From an uncultured Bacteroidales bacterium (lineage in GTDB: Bacteria > Bacteroidota > Bacteroidia > Bacteroidales > Muribaculaceae): 64,000 nucleotides of DNA. The notes under the pieces are model-generated. The model did not search any database and had not been told where the DNA came from. It saw only the letters and a program-made list of their open reading frames with translations. Each line of letters begins with the position of its first letter. The first letter of the stretch is position 1. This document shows, in pieces, positions 8,719-18,923 of the stretch. The stretch is taken from NCBI GenBank assembly GCA_946412245.1, contig CAMKGM010000005.1, forward strand, positions 2,447 through 66,446, written 5' to 3'. The position numbers and the translations under genes are program-made.

Positions 8719-10644
8719 ATGTCAGATACCGAATATATTGAACAACACTGTGAGCTGCTGAGTCACATTGATTCGCCGGCCGACTTGAAGAAACTCTCTG
8801 AGGACCAGTTGCCTCAGGTGTGTGCCGAGTTGCGTCAGTTCATCATTCACGAAGTGTCGCGCAACCCCGGTCACTTTGCCTCGAGCATGGGAGCCGTGGA
8901 GATTAACGTCGCGTTGCATTATGTTTTCAACACCCCCTATGACCGCCTGGTGTGGGATGTGGGCCATCAGGCCTATGCCCACAAGATTTTGACGGGTCGT
9001 CGCGACCGGTTTGTGACCAATCGCACGCTGGGAGGCTTGAGCGGATTTCCTAATCCTGAAGAGAGCGAGTATGACACGTTCACCGCCGGGCATGCCAGCA
9101 ACTCCATCTCGGCGGCGCTGGGCATGGCGATAGGCTCTGAACTCGCTCATGAAACTGACCGCAAGGTGGTGGCCGTGATAGGCGACGCATCCATTAGCGG
9201 CGGCTTGGCTTTTGAGGGCTTGAACAATGCCGCCACGATGAAAAATAACCTGCTGATTGTGCTCAACGACAACGATATGTCGATTGATGCCAGTGTGGGC
9301 GCGCTGGGCAACTATCTTGCCAATATGAGCATCTCGCGCGGCTATAACAACCGCCGCTACAAGCTCTATCAGTTCTGCAAGAAGCATAACATCATCAATG
9401 ATAACCGCAAGGGCTTGATTATGCGTTTCAACAACGCCATGAAGTCGCTCATTACCGGTCAGCAGAACATCTTTGAAGGTTTGAATATTCGCTACTTCGG
9501 GCCGTTTGACGGTCATGATGTGAAGAAGCTGGTGAAGGTGTTCCGCCATGTGAAGGACATGACGGGTCCCAAGATTGTGCATCTGCACACGATCAAGGGC
9601 AAGGGCTATGAACCTGCCGAAAAAGATCCTGCAACGTGGCATGCTCCCGGTGCGTTCGACGAAGAGACCGGTGAGCGCCTGACGGGCAGCAGCGACGGCA
9701 AGGCACCCAAATATCAGTATGTGTTCGGCAAAACCCTGGTGGAACTTGCCAAGGCTAACGACAAGATTGTGGGCATCACGGCTGCCATGCCCGGCGGCAC
9801 GTCAATGAACCTAATGCTGGAGGAAATGCCCGACCGCACGTTTGACGTGGGCATCAGCGAGGGCCATGCGGTTACCTTCTCAGGCGGACTTGCCAAGGAA
9901 GGCCGTCACCCGTTCTGTTGCATTTACAGCTCATTCCTGCAGCGTGGTTACGACCACATTATTCACGATGTGGCCATTCAGCATCTGCCGGTCACCTTCT
10001 GCCTGGATCGCAGCGGCATCGTGGGTGAGGACGGTGTGACGCACCACGGCCTGTTTGACCTTGCCTATCTGCGTTGCATCCCCGGCATGGTGGTGTCGGC
10101 CCCCATCAATGAGCACGACCTGCGATGCCTCATGTACACCTCGCAACTCGACAAGTATGCGGGCCCATTTGCCATCCGTTATCCGCGCGGTAGGGGCGTT
10201 TTGCCCGACTGGGAATGCGAGTTCAGTGAGTTGCCGGTGGGCAAGGGCCGTTGTCTGAGTCGTGGCAAGGATGTGGCGATTCTGTCAATAGGCCACATTG
10301 GCAACAATGTGATCAAGGCCGTGTCCATGCTCCGTGACAAGGGCATTGAGGTGGGCCACTACGATATGATTTATCTGAAACCCATTGACGAGGAAATCTT
10401 GCGTGAAGTAGCTCAGAACTATCGTGCCGTGGTGACCGTAGAAGACGGAACCACCATTGGTGGACTGGGTGGAGCCGTGGCCGAGTGGATGACCAGTCAT
10501 GCGCCGCACATCCCGGTGTTGCGCAAGGGCATTGACGACGTGTTTGTGGAGCACGGCACGGTAGCGCAACTGCATGAACTGTGCGGCATTGACGCGGCTT
10601 CCATCGCCGGAGATGTTGAGAAAGAATTACAATCTATTAAATAA
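8719..10644 (+). CDS. dxs: 1-deoxy-D-xylulose-5-phosphate synthase
   Basis: [17 protein letters not shown]; TPP motif [16 protein letters not shown]; [11 protein letters not shown]; IRYPRG. Start set at in-frame ATG 8719. Confidence 0.96.
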   Translation: MSDTEYIEQHCELLSHIDSPADLKKLSEDQLPQVCAELRQFIIHEVSRNPGHFASSMGAVEINVALHYVFNTPYDRLVWDVGHQAYAHKILTGRRDRFVTNRTLGGLSGFPNPEESEYDTFTAGHASNSISAALGMAIGSELAHETDRKVVAVIGDASISGGLAFEGLNNAATMKNNLLIVLNDNDMSIDASVGALGNYLANMSISRGYNNRRYKLYQFCKKHNIINDNRKGLIMRFNNAMKSLITGQQNIFEGLNIRYFGPFDGHDVKKLVKVFRHVKDMTGPKIVHLHTIKGKGYEPAEKDPATWHAPGAFDEETGERLTGSSDGKAPKYQYVFGKTLVELAKANDKIVGITAAMPGGTSMNLMLEEMPDRTFDVGISEGHAVTFSGGLAKEGRHPFCCIYSSFLQRGYDHIIHDVAIQHLPVTFCLDRSGIVGEDGVTHHGLFDLAYLRCIPGMVVSAPINEHDLRCLMYTSQLDKYAGPFAIRYPRGRGVLPDWECEFSELPVGKGRCLSRGKDVAILSIGHIGNNVIKAVSMLRDKGIEVGHYDMIYLKPIDEEILREVAQNYRAVVTVEDGTTIGGLGGAVAEWMTSHAPHIPVLRKGIDDVFVEHGTVAQLHELCGIDAASIAGDVEKELQSIK

Positions 10645-10659
10645 TCAAAGTGTGTAGAT

Positions 10660-11991
10660 ATGAAAATTGTGATAGCAGGAGCAGGCGAAGTGGGCACGCA
10701 TCTGGCCAAGATGCTTAGCAATGAGGAGCAGGACATCGTTATCATGGATACCGAGGAACGCAAACTCGCCATGCTCGAAAACTACAATCTGCTCACTTAT
10801 CATGGCAGTGCCACCTCGTTTGCCGTCCTCAAGGACGTGAAGGTGGGCAGTGCCGATATCTTTATCGCTGTCACCCCTTACGAAGCCCGCAACCTGCAGG
10901 CTTGCCAGTTGGCCAAGAGCATGGGAGCCAAGAAAACCGTTGCGCGCATCGACAATGCCGAGTATTTGGGCAAGAAACCGGTGGCCTACTTCAGCCAGCT
11001 GGGAATCAGCGAACTCATCTATCCCGAGTTCCTGGCGGCCGGCGAGATTATGGCGTCAATCAAGCGTCCGTGGGTGCGCAACTGGTTTGAACTGCTCAAC
11101 GGCGAGCTCATTCTGGTGGGCGTGAAACTGCGCTCCAATGCCCCCATCATAGGCAAGCAGCTCAAGGAATTGAGCAGTTTCTCGCAATACCTGCACGTGT
11201 CGGCCATCAGGCGCAATCGCGAGACCATCATACCGCGAGGCGATGACCGTCTGCTCGAGAACGACATAGCCTATATCGTGACCACTCACAACCGCGTGAA
11301 CGACGTGATTGAGGCATGCGGCAAGGTCTCGTTCACCGCCGAGCGAGTGCTCATCATGGGCGGTAGCGAGATTGCCGAGCAACTGGTGATGCAGATTGGC
11401 GAACACTATCATGTGAAAATCATTGAGGAAGATCTGAATCGTTGCAACGAACTTGCCGAGCGTCTGCCGCACTGCAACATTGTGCATGGCGACCCGCGTG
11501 ATGCCGATCTACTTGAGGAGGAGGGCATCAGCGACTACGACGTGTTTGTGGCACTTACCGACAGTAGCGAGGCCAACATCCTGGGCTGTATGATGGCCAA
11601 GGAGCATGGCGTGCGCAAGACCGTGGCGCAGGTTGAGAATCTGCAATACGTCAACGAGGCGGAGTCGCTCAACATTGGCTCCATTATCAACAAGAAACTG
11701 CTGGCATCGAGCCGCATTGTGCAAATCATGCTCGACAGCGACCTGGATAATGCCAAGTGTCTGGCACTGGCCGACGCTGAGGTGGCCGAACTCATTATCA
11801 AAGAAAAATCGCGCGTGACCCGTGCCGATGTGATGGACCTTCACCTGCCGCATAGCATGACCATAGCAGGGCTGGTGCGTAACGGAGTGGGCCAATTGGT
11901 GCGAGGCAATACGCGTCTGCAAGCGGGCGACCATGTAGTGGTCTTCTGTTTGGCAGGTTCTATTCATAAAATCGAAAAAGCCTTTAGCTGA
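10660..11991 (+). CDS. trkA: Trk potassium uptake system RCK subunit
   Basis: MKIVIAGAGEVGTHLAKMLS Rossmann motif; two RCK_N/RCK_C pairs; adjacent to trkH. Confidence 0.95.
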   Translation: MKIVIAGAGEVGTHLAKMLSNEEQDIVIMDTEERKLAMLENYNLLTYHGSATSFAVLKDVKVGSADIFIAVTPYEARNLQACQLAKSMGAKKTVARIDNAEYLGKKPVAYFSQLGISELIYPEFLAAGEIMASIKRPWVRNWFELLNGELILVGVKLRSNAPIIGKQLKELSSFSQYLHVSAIRRNRETIIPRGDDRLLENDIAYIVTTHNRVNDVIEACGKVSFTAERVLIMGGSEIAEQLVMQIGEHYHVKIIEEDLNRCNELAERLPHCNIVHGDPRDADLLEEEGISDYDVFVALTDSSEANILGCMMAKEHGVRKTVAQVENLQYVNEAESLNIGSIINKKLLASSRIVQIMLDSDLDNAKCLALADAEVAELIIKEKSRVTRADVMDLHLPHSMTIAGLVRNGVGQLVRGNTRLQAGDHVVVFCLAGSIHKIEKAFS

Positions 11992-13466
11992 TGTCGACCA
12001 CGCTTTCACAAGATATCAATTTCCCCATCGTGCTGCGGGTAGTGGGGTGGCTGCTGATGATTGAGTCGCAGTTCATGCTCTTGCCTATGGGCGTGGCGTG
12101 GTACTATGGCGAGAATCAAGTGGCGCTGGTGTTTCTGGTGACGCTGTTGGCGACCCTGGGCGCCGGTGCCGCCATGGCCTATGGCATCAAACCCTCAACT
12201 CGATCCATGCGCAAGCGTGAAGGCTTGTTGCTCACATCACTGGTGTGGATATTCTTCTCCATCTTTGGCATGATACCGCTACTTGCCACCGATTCGGTTC
12301 CAAGTGTGACCGATGCGTTTTTCGAGACGATGGCAGGTTTTACCACCACAGGCAGTTCGGTCGTGATTCCCGAGAATTTGTCGCATGGTGTGCTGTTGTG
12401 GCGCTCGCTCATGCAATGGATTGGCGGCTTGGGAATCATCCTGTTCACGCTTGCGGTGCTGCCCATGCTCAACTACAAGGGCGGCATAGCGCTGTTCAAT
12501 GCCGAGGTCACGGGTATCACACACGAACGAATGCGTCCCCGGGTGAACCAAACAGCTAAGAGCCTATGGGCCATTTACCTGGTGCTCACCATTGTGCTCG
12601 GATTCATGCTTTACCCGGCCATGGGCGGCTTTGATGCCACTTGTCATGCCTTGTCGACCATCTCTACTGGCGGATTCTCCACCAAAAGCAATGGTCTCAT
12701 CTTTTGGCGCTCTTATTATGTGGCCTATGTCGTGATGGCGTTCATGTTCTTGGGTGGTATCAATTTCTCGCTCATCTACTTCACTGCGCTGGGCAAGTTC
12801 AAGCGATTGTGGCGGTCGAGCATTTTCAAGTGGTATGTGTGCATTATTTTCATAGCTGCCACATTGATTTTCATCAGAGCATTGCATCAAGGCTATTCCG
12901 ATGATTTCTCTGAGCCGGCTCTGTTCGCCATCTTTGACACGGTTTCAGCAATCACATCAACCGGATATATAACAGCGAGTTATGAGCCAACCGGGGAGTT
13001 TATCTCCATGATACTCATGGTGCTCATGTTCTTTGGCGGCATGGCGGGGTCAACCTCGGGCGGTGCGAAGCTCGACCGCTTTGTGGTGCTGTTCAAGAAC
13101 TGTAAGAACGAACTCTACAAGGTGCTGCATCCCAATTCAGTGACCGCGGTGTGGATTGACGGCAAGGCCATGCCTCAGGCTCGCATCAACAAGGTGACGG
13201 CCTTCCTGGCCATTTATGTGCTCATTATCGTTGTCGTGGCAATCGTCTTGACCGCGTTCAACATCCCGTTGTTCGACGCCTTGTTCTCCTCCATGTCAGC
13301 CATCAGCAATGTGGGCTTGGGCTATGGTGTGACGGGCGTTGACGGCTCTTGGGCCGCACTGCCCGACGCAGTCAAGTGGATTCTGTCGTTTGAAATGCTG
13401 GTGGGTCGTCTTGAACTGTTCACCGTGCTGGTGGTGTTCTCACGCAGTTTTTGGGTTAAAGATTGA
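11991..13466 (+). CDS. trkH: Trk potassium uptake membrane subunit
   Basis: FETMAGFTTTG, QWIGGLG, STGGFS, GSTSGG, ISNVG, GRLE motifs; start overlaps the trkA stop. Confidence 0.94.
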   Translation: MSTTLSQDINFPIVLRVVGWLLMIESQFMLLPMGVAWYYGENQVALVFLVTLLATLGAGAAMAYGIKPSTRSMRKREGLLLTSLVWIFFSIFGMIPLLATDSVPSVTDAFFETMAGFTTTGSSVVIPENLSHGVLLWRSLMQWIGGLGIILFTLAVLPMLNYKGGIALFNAEVTGITHERMRPRVNQTAKSLWAIYLVLTIVLGFMLYPAMGGFDATCHALSTISTGGFSTKSNGLIFWRSYYVAYVVMAFMFLGGINFSLIYFTALGKFKRLWRSSIFKWYVCIIFIAATLIFIRALHQGYSDDFSEPALFAIFDTVSAITSTGYITASYEPTGEFISMILMVLMFFGGMAGSTSGGAKLDRFVVLFKNCKNELYKVLHPNSVTAVWIDGKAMPQARINKVTAFLAIYVLIIVVVAIVLTAFNIPLFDALFSSMSAISNVGLGYGVTGVDGSWAALPDAVKWILSFEMLVGRLELFTVLVVFSRSFWVKD

Positions 13467-13535
13467 TAAAAAAACAATAGTAAAGAGATAGAATGAAAAA
13501 TTATGTTTAACTTTATGGGCTAAATATCATTATTA

Positions 13536-16037
13536 ATGAAAGGAGAACATCAAGTGAACAAAGACATTATATATAATCCCGATATTTCAAGCGTAAAAGA
13601 GAGCGAAAACTACAAGCGCGAGGAGGCCGCTATCAAGAAGGCTCAAGAAGAAAACCAGTCGGTGTGGCAACGCTTCGCCAACTTTTTCCTGAATGGACGC
13701 ACGCGGTTTGCCCTGGGCATCATCTTCCTGCTCTTCGGTATCTACCTGCTCATAGCCTTCCTGTCGTTCATCTTCGGCGCGGGAGCACAGGACCAGAACC
13801 GCGAACTCTACTACAGCGCGATGGAGAATGCGCATGATCCCGAGCAGATTCACAATGCCGTGGGCGCTCTGGGCGCTAAGGTGTCGCAATTCTTCGTGAC
13901 CGACGGTTTCGGTCTGGTGGCTTTCATCATTGTGCTGTGGGCGGTGACCGTGGGAATCAGAATGCTCAAGAAGGGCCGCAAGGTCTATTTCTACTCCTAT
14001 TCGTTGGTGTGCCTGTTCAGCTTGTTTGCATTCTCGCTCATCATCGGGGCTTGCACCTATAACTGGACTCCCACCTTCTACCGTCTTGGAGGCAACTTTG
14101 GCCATCAGGTGAACGAGAGCCTGATGGGATTGCTGGGGCTCTATGGCATGATTGCCGTCAATGTGGTTGTGGCGCTGGTGTGGGTGCTGATTTGCTACAA
14201 AACGCTCCACGCTATCTATGAAAACGTCAAGAACAAGATACCGGCTTACCGCAAGACTTTTGGCGGCGACAAGATTGACGACGAGGACCAAAATGCCGCT
14301 GAACTGCAACCCGCCAGTTTCCTGGGCGACCAGCAGTCGCAAGTGCAGCCGGCCCAGCCCGTTGAAGAACCGGTTGAGCCTGTAAAGCCACTCAAGAAAC
14401 CGCGTCGTGATCGCGTGGCTAAAACCGCCGAACAACCTGTCGAGGCCGCCTCAATGAAACTCATTGACACCACCAAGTCGGTCACTAATCCCGCTGACCC
14501 CACAGGTGAATACATGCATTACCGCTTCCCCACGCTCGACTTGCTCAAGAACATCGAGATGAAGAAGAACAGCGTGGATGTAGAGGAGCAGGAAACCAAC
14601 AAGCAACGCATCACCGAGACACTCGGCAACTATGGCATCCAAATCAAGAAGATTGATGTCCATGTGGGCCCCACGGTGACTCTGTTTGAAATTGTTCCTG
14701 CCGACGGTGTGCGCATTTCCAAGATTCGCGGTCTGGAAGACGACATCGCGCTCAGCCTTTCGGCCATCGGCATCCGCATCATCGCGCCCATGCCCGGCCG
14801 CGGCACCATAGGCATCGAGATTCCGAATCGCGACCCGCAGACGGTGCCCATGCGTCAGGTGCTTGCCTCCAAAGCCTATCAGGACTTCAAGGGCGAGCTC
14901 CCCATGGTGCTGGGCTGCACCGTGAGTAACGAGGTGTTTGTCGCTGACCTGGCCAAGGTTCCGCATCTGCTTGTGGCAGGCGCTACCGGTAAGGGAAAGT
15001 CGGTGGGCCTCAACACCATCATCACATCGCTGCTCTACAAGAAAGGCCCTTCGGAACTCAAGTTCATCCTCATTGACCCCAAACGTGTGGAGTTCAGTGT
15101 GTTCTCGGACCTTGAAAAATATTTCTTTGCCAAAGCTCCCGGTGAGGACCGCGCCATTGTGACCGACACCAGCCGCGTGGTGCACACACTCAACTGCCTG
15201 GTGCAGGAAATGGAGAACCGCTACAAGGTGTTTGAAGACCTGAAGGAACGCAAGGTGACTGACTATAACCGCCTGTGGCGCGAGAAACTGCGCAATGTGC
15301 TTGACGAGGACGGCAACAAGAAATACCGATATATGCCCTATATCGTGTGCATCATCGATGAGTTCAGCGACATGATTATGACAGCCGGTAAGGAGGTGGA
15401 AACTCCCATTGTGCGTCTGGCACAGAAGGGCCGTGCTGCCGGCATCCACATCATCATTGCCACGCAGCGACCCTCGGCACAGGTCATCACGGGCCTCATC
15501 AAGAGCAATGTGCCGGGCCGCATCGCCTTTGCTGTGGCGCAGATGCAAGACAGTCGCATCATTCTCGACCGTTCGGGTGCCCAGCGACTCATCGGTCGTG
15601 GCGATATGCTCTTCGGGCTCGACGGTGAGGTAACGCGTCTGCAATGCCCGTTCGTGGATACCCCCGAGGTGGTCAAGATTTGCGATTATATCAAGGAACA
15701 GGAAGACAACGACCTGGACGTGAACCATGAATATTGCTACGAACTGCCTGAGTATGTAGCACCTACTGACGATGCCGGCGGCGGTCACGGCAGTGATTCG
15801 GTGGGTGGTGGCAACCCAAATGAGCGCGACCCGCTCTTTGAAGAAGCGGTCAAGTGGATTGTGCAGAGCGATATTGCCTCAACTTCTTCGCTGCAGCGCC
15901 GCTACCAGATTGGCTACAACCGTGCCGGGCGCATCATGGACCAGATGGAGGCTGCCGGCATCGTCGGACCCTCGCAGGGAGGCCGTCCCCGAAAGGTTCT
16001 GCTCACTCCCATGGATTTGGAGCAATTGTTTACATGA
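13536..16037 (+). CDS. ftsK: FtsK/SpoIIIE DNA translocase
   Basis: N-terminal 4-TM domain; Walker A PHLLVAGATGKGKS; IIDE; GIHIIIATQRPS; gamma domain STSSLQRRYQIGYNRAGRIMDQME. Confidence 0.96.
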   Translation: MKGEHQVNKDIIYNPDISSVKESENYKREEAAIKKAQEENQSVWQRFANFFLNGRTRFALGIIFLLFGIYLLIAFLSFIFGAGAQDQNRELYYSAMENAHDPEQIHNAVGALGAKVSQFFVTDGFGLVAFIIVLWAVTVGIRMLKKGRKVYFYSYSLVCLFSLFAFSLIIGACTYNWTPTFYRLGGNFGHQVNESLMGLLGLYGMIAVNVVVALVWVLICYKTLHAIYENVKNKIPAYRKTFGGDKIDDEDQNAAELQPASFLGDQQSQVQPAQPVEEPVEPVKPLKKPRRDRVAKTAEQPVEAASMKLIDTTKSVTNPADPTGEYMHYRFPTLDLLKNIEMKKNSVDVEEQETNKQRITETLGNYGIQIKKIDVHVGPTVTLFEIVPADGVRISKIRGLEDDIALSLSAIGIRIIAPMPGRGTIGIEIPNRDPQTVPMRQVLASKAYQDFKGELPMVLGCTVSNEVFVADLAKVPHLLVAGATGKGKSVGLNTIITSLLYKKGPSELKFILIDPKRVEFSVFSDLEKYFFAKAPGEDRAIVTDTSRVVHTLNCLVQEMENRYKVFEDLKERKVTDYNRLWREKLRNVLDEDGNKKYRYMPYIVCIIDEFSDMIMTAGKEVETPIVRLAQKGRAAGIHIIIATQRPSAQVITGLIKSNVPGRIAFAVAQMQDSRIILDRSGAQRLIGRGDMLFGLDGEVTRLQCPFVDTPEVVKICDYIKEQEDNDLDVNHEYCYELPEYVAPTDDAGGGHGSDSVGGGNPNERDPLFEEAVKWIVQSDIASTSSLQRRYQIGYNRAGRIMDQMEAAGIVGPSQGGRPRKVLLTPMDLEQLFT

Positions 16038-16085
16038 TGTACCATGCACGTTAAACTAACTTGATTTTTTGAAGTCAAAACAGTG

Positions 16086-16670
16086 ATGAAAAAGTATCTT
16101 TCGACAATCGTCATGCTATGTGTAGCCGCCCTGTGCCAAGCGCAGACGGCGACCGCTATATTCGACAAGATGGTCTCTACCTTCAAAGCGAGTGGCACCG
16201 TGAGTGCCTCTTACTCCATGAACGGCTCCAAGGGAACCATCGTGATGCAAGGTGCGAAATTCCGCATCCTTGCCGGTGATGTCAAGTCGTGGTTCAACGG
16301 CAAGACCCAGTGGACCTACTCTAACCAAACCGGCGAAGTCAACATTATTGACCCCACGTCGCAGGAATTGCAAATGACTAATCCGCTCGCGGCAGCCAAG
16401 TCGATTAAAAACGCGTTCAAGATGGCCAAACTCAATTCCAAGACGGGCTATGCACTCAAGCTCACACCCAAAAAGAAGAGCAATGTGAAGTCTATCACGC
16501 TCTATCTCTCTAAGGGCTATGTGCTCACCGCCGCCGACTATGTGACCACTAACGGCACCTACAAGCTCAAGCTAACTAACTACAAGAAGCATCAGAGGTA
16601 TCCGGCCTCAACCTTTGTGTTCGATAAGAAACTGGTCCCCGCCGGCACCGAGGTCGTCGACCTCCGTTAA
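16086..16670 (+). CDS. lolA: LolA-like outer-membrane lipoprotein chaperone
   Basis: Signal peptide; WFNGKTQWTY...EVNI...NP motif; lies between ftsK and trxB as is usual in Bacteroidales. Confidence 0.8.
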   Translation: MKKYLSTIVMLCVAALCQAQTATAIFDKMVSTFKASGTVSASYSMNGSKGTIVMQGAKFRILAGDVKSWFNGKTQWTYSNQTGEVNIIDPTSQELQMTNPLAAAKSIKNAFKMAKLNSKTGYALKLTPKKKSNVKSITLYLSKGYVLTAADYVTTNGTYKLKLTNYKKHQRYPASTFVFDKKLVPAGTEVVDLR

Positions 16671-16726
16671 CTGACAACTGACAACCGACAACCGACAACT
16701 GAAAACTGAAAACTGAAAACTGAAAA
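16671..16726 (+). repeat. Heptamer tandem ladder, 8 x (CTGACAA / CCGACAA / CTGAAAA), filling the lolA-trxB gap
   Basis: Read directly: ctgacaa x2, ccgacaa x2, ctgaaaa x4, then ctat and the ATG. Confidence 0.95.
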
Positions 16727-16730
16727 CTAT

Positions 16731-17666
16731 ATGGAACAAGTAAAATGTCTCATCGTGGGCTCAGGCCCGGCCGGCTACACAGCCGCAATCTATTTAGCGC
16801 GTGCCAATGTCAAGAGCGTGCTTTATAGCGGTATGCAACCCGGCGGACAACTCACACAGACTACCACCATTGAGAATTTTCCCGGATTTCCCACAGGTGT
16901 TGATGGCAACGAACTCATGGAACTGATGCGCAAGCAGGCTGTGAACGTGGGTGCCGATCTGCGCGACGGCATCGTGACGGCTGTTGACCTGTCGCAACGC
17001 CCATTTGCCGTAACCGTTGACGGCAACAAGCAACTGCTGGCCGACACAATCATTGTGGCAACAGGAGCGTCGGCACGTTATCTGGGTCTGGACGACGAGA
17101 AAAAATATGCAGGCATGGGCGTGTCGGCTTGTGCCACCTGCGACGGCTTCTTCTACCGCAAGAAAGTGGTAGCAGTGGTGGGCGGCGGCGACACCGCCTG
17201 CGAGGAGGCCCACTACCTGAGCAATATGGCCTCGAAAGTCTACATGATTGTGCGCAAACCCTATCTGCGCGCTTCGGCTGCCATGCAACGCCGTGTCGAG
17301 GAGAAAGAGAACATAGAGATCCTCTATAATACTAATACGGTGGGACTCTTTGGCGACAATGGCGTTGAAGGGGCTCATTTGGTTAAGTTCCTGGGGACTG
17401 AGCAAGAGGAACACTTTGATTTACCTATCGACGGATTCTTCCTCGCCATCGGCCATAGTCCCAACACCGGCTTCCTCAATGGCCAGGTGGCTCTGGATCA
17501 AGGTGGATTCATTGTCACTGATGCCAAAACCACCGCAACCAGTGTTGAGGGTGTCTTTGCTGCAGGCGATGTGGCCGATCCGCGTTACCGCCAGGCGATA
17601 GCCGCGGCGGGCAGTGGCTGCCGAGCCGCACTCGATGCCGAGAAATTCTTGGCTGCGCTCGAGTGA
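16731..17666 (+). CDS. trxB: Thioredoxin-disulfide reductase
   Basis: GSGPAGYTAAIY; GVSACATCDGFFY (CxxC); VVGGGDTA; GVFAAGDV. Confidence 0.96.
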   Translation: MEQVKCLIVGSGPAGYTAAIYLARANVKSVLYSGMQPGGQLTQTTTIENFPGFPTGVDGNELMELMRKQAVNVGADLRDGIVTAVDLSQRPFAVTVDGNKQLLADTIIVATGASARYLGLDDEKKYAGMGVSACATCDGFFYRKKVVAVVGGGDTACEEAHYLSNMASKVYMIVRKPYLRASAAMQRRVEEKENIEILYNTNTVGLFGDNGVEGAHLVKFLGTEQEEHFDLPIDGFFLAIGHSPNTGFLNGQVALDQGGFIVTDAKTTATSVEGVFAAGDVADPRYRQAIAAAGSGCRAALDAEKFLAALE

Positions 17667-17811
17667 TTGAAGCTCCGAAATGCCTCTTCTTTGCTCTCTC
17701 ACTTGAGGGATGCGAATTTATCGCTTTGAGACCATGCATTGTTGCAATTTGGGCGTTTTTTTGCGCGAAATAAAAAAAGTTGGAAAAAATTCAAAAAAAA
17801 AGGCGCAAAAC

Positions 17812-17843
17812 TTGTTTTAATTAAAAAATAATTTATACCTTTG
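17812..17843 (+). promoter_or_regulatory. Putative promoter of the cohesin-CTD gene
   Basis: TACCTTTG at 17836-17843 (-7 consensus) with TTG at 17812-17814, in a very AT-rich 290-bp intergenic region. Confidence 0.55.
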
Positions 17844-17960
17844 TCAAATAAAACGTGCATAGTGCACTTGTTTTTAGTGAGTGTTTGCACGTATATTTAA
17901 ATGTAGAAATTAATTATTATTTCATTAATAAATTTATTAACTGTTTAAAATCAATTGATT

Positions 17961-18686
17961 ATGAAGATTAAATCTTTACTCATGACTGCTTTTGCAGTTT
18001 GTTCATTGGCTGCTTCAGCTCAGCTGGCTGAAACCACCAATATGTCGTATGCTGTTACTAACGAAGGCGGTAGCGTAAATCCCGGTGAAGTTGCTTATGT
18101 AGCTCTCACTCTTACCAACCCCGATGCTGAGTATTCTTCACTTGAAACTCACCTGATTTATCCTGAAGGCTGGACTGCAGTTGAGTTCTCACAGGCTGAC
18201 GCAGGTATTGGCACCAAGACTAAAAAAGATTGGACTCAGATTATTCCTGATGGCCGTGCCGATGAGACCGACAACCACGATCCTATGTCAGTAAGCGGTG
18301 CTATTCCCGCAGGTAAACCCAACGAATTTGGTGTTGTTGTGATGAGCCTTAAAAACGAGAAAATGGAAATGGGTGACGATGCAATCCTCGTGTTTGCAAT
18401 TCAAGTTCCCGAAGATGCTACTGAAGGCGACCACGCTATCACAGTCTTTAACCAGCACCTGTCAACCGGTGTCCCCGGTGGTGTAGGCGACGGTGACCTC
18501 GAAGACACTACTTTCAACATTCAAGTTGTTACAGCTGTTAAGGACATCAACACTAACAAGGCTGTTGCAGGTGTGAAGTACTACAACCTGGCAGGTGTTG
18601 AGAGCAATGTTCCCTTCGACGGCGTGAACGTAGTTGTTACTACTTACACCGATGGCACTAAGGCTGCTAGCAAAGTTATCAAATAA
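17961..18686 (+). CDS. Secreted single cohesin-like domain protein with a T9SS-type C-terminal sorting domain
   Basis: Signal peptide MKIKSLLMTAFAVCSLAASA; cohesin-like pattern PGEVAYVALTLTN...YSSLETHLIYPEG...FGVVVMS...GDDAILVFAIQV...GDHAITV...DTTFNIQV; CTD-like tail TAVKDI...KYYNLAGVESNVPFDGVNVVVTTYTDGTKAASKVIK. ATG at 17961; the ORF track starts at TTG 17955. Confidence 0.72.
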   Translation: MKIKSLLMTAFAVCSLAASAQLAETTNMSYAVTNEGGSVNPGEVAYVALTLTNPDAEYSSLETHLIYPEGWTAVEFSQADAGIGTKTKKDWTQIIPDGRADETDNHDPMSVSGAIPAGKPNEFGVVVMSLKNEKMEMGDDAILVFAIQVPEDATEGDHAITVFNQHLSTGVPGGVGDGDLEDTTFNIQVVTAVKDINTNKAVAGVKYYNLAGVESNVPFDGVNVVVTTYTDGTKAASKVIK

Positions 18687-18710
18687 GTAAATATTTGACA
18701 ACCTCTCATA

Positions 18711-18741
18711 AAGGCTCTTGCTCAAGGCAAGAGCCTTTTTT
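18711..18741 (+). terminator. Rho-independent terminator after the cohesin-CTD gene
   Basis: aaggctcttgc-tcaag-gcaagagcctt followed by a T tract. Confidence 0.9.
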
Positions 18742-18819
18742 GTATCGCTATGGAATGACACGATGAGCCTGTTTTGTGAAAAATTAACGCGATTGCGAGT
18801 AAATTTCTCCGTTCTGTTC

Positions 18820-18849
18820 TTGAAAAATGAAAAAAAGGCATTATTTTTG
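18820..18849 (+). promoter_or_regulatory. Putative promoter of the srf-like operon
   Basis: TATTTTTG at 18842-18849 with TTG at 18820-18822 (19-bp spacing). Confidence 0.55.
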
Positions 18850-18923
18850 TAGTTATATATATTAATTAATGTGTAATACTGGCTAATCAGGTTTTGAAAC
18901 GCTATATTAAGAACTAATAAGAC

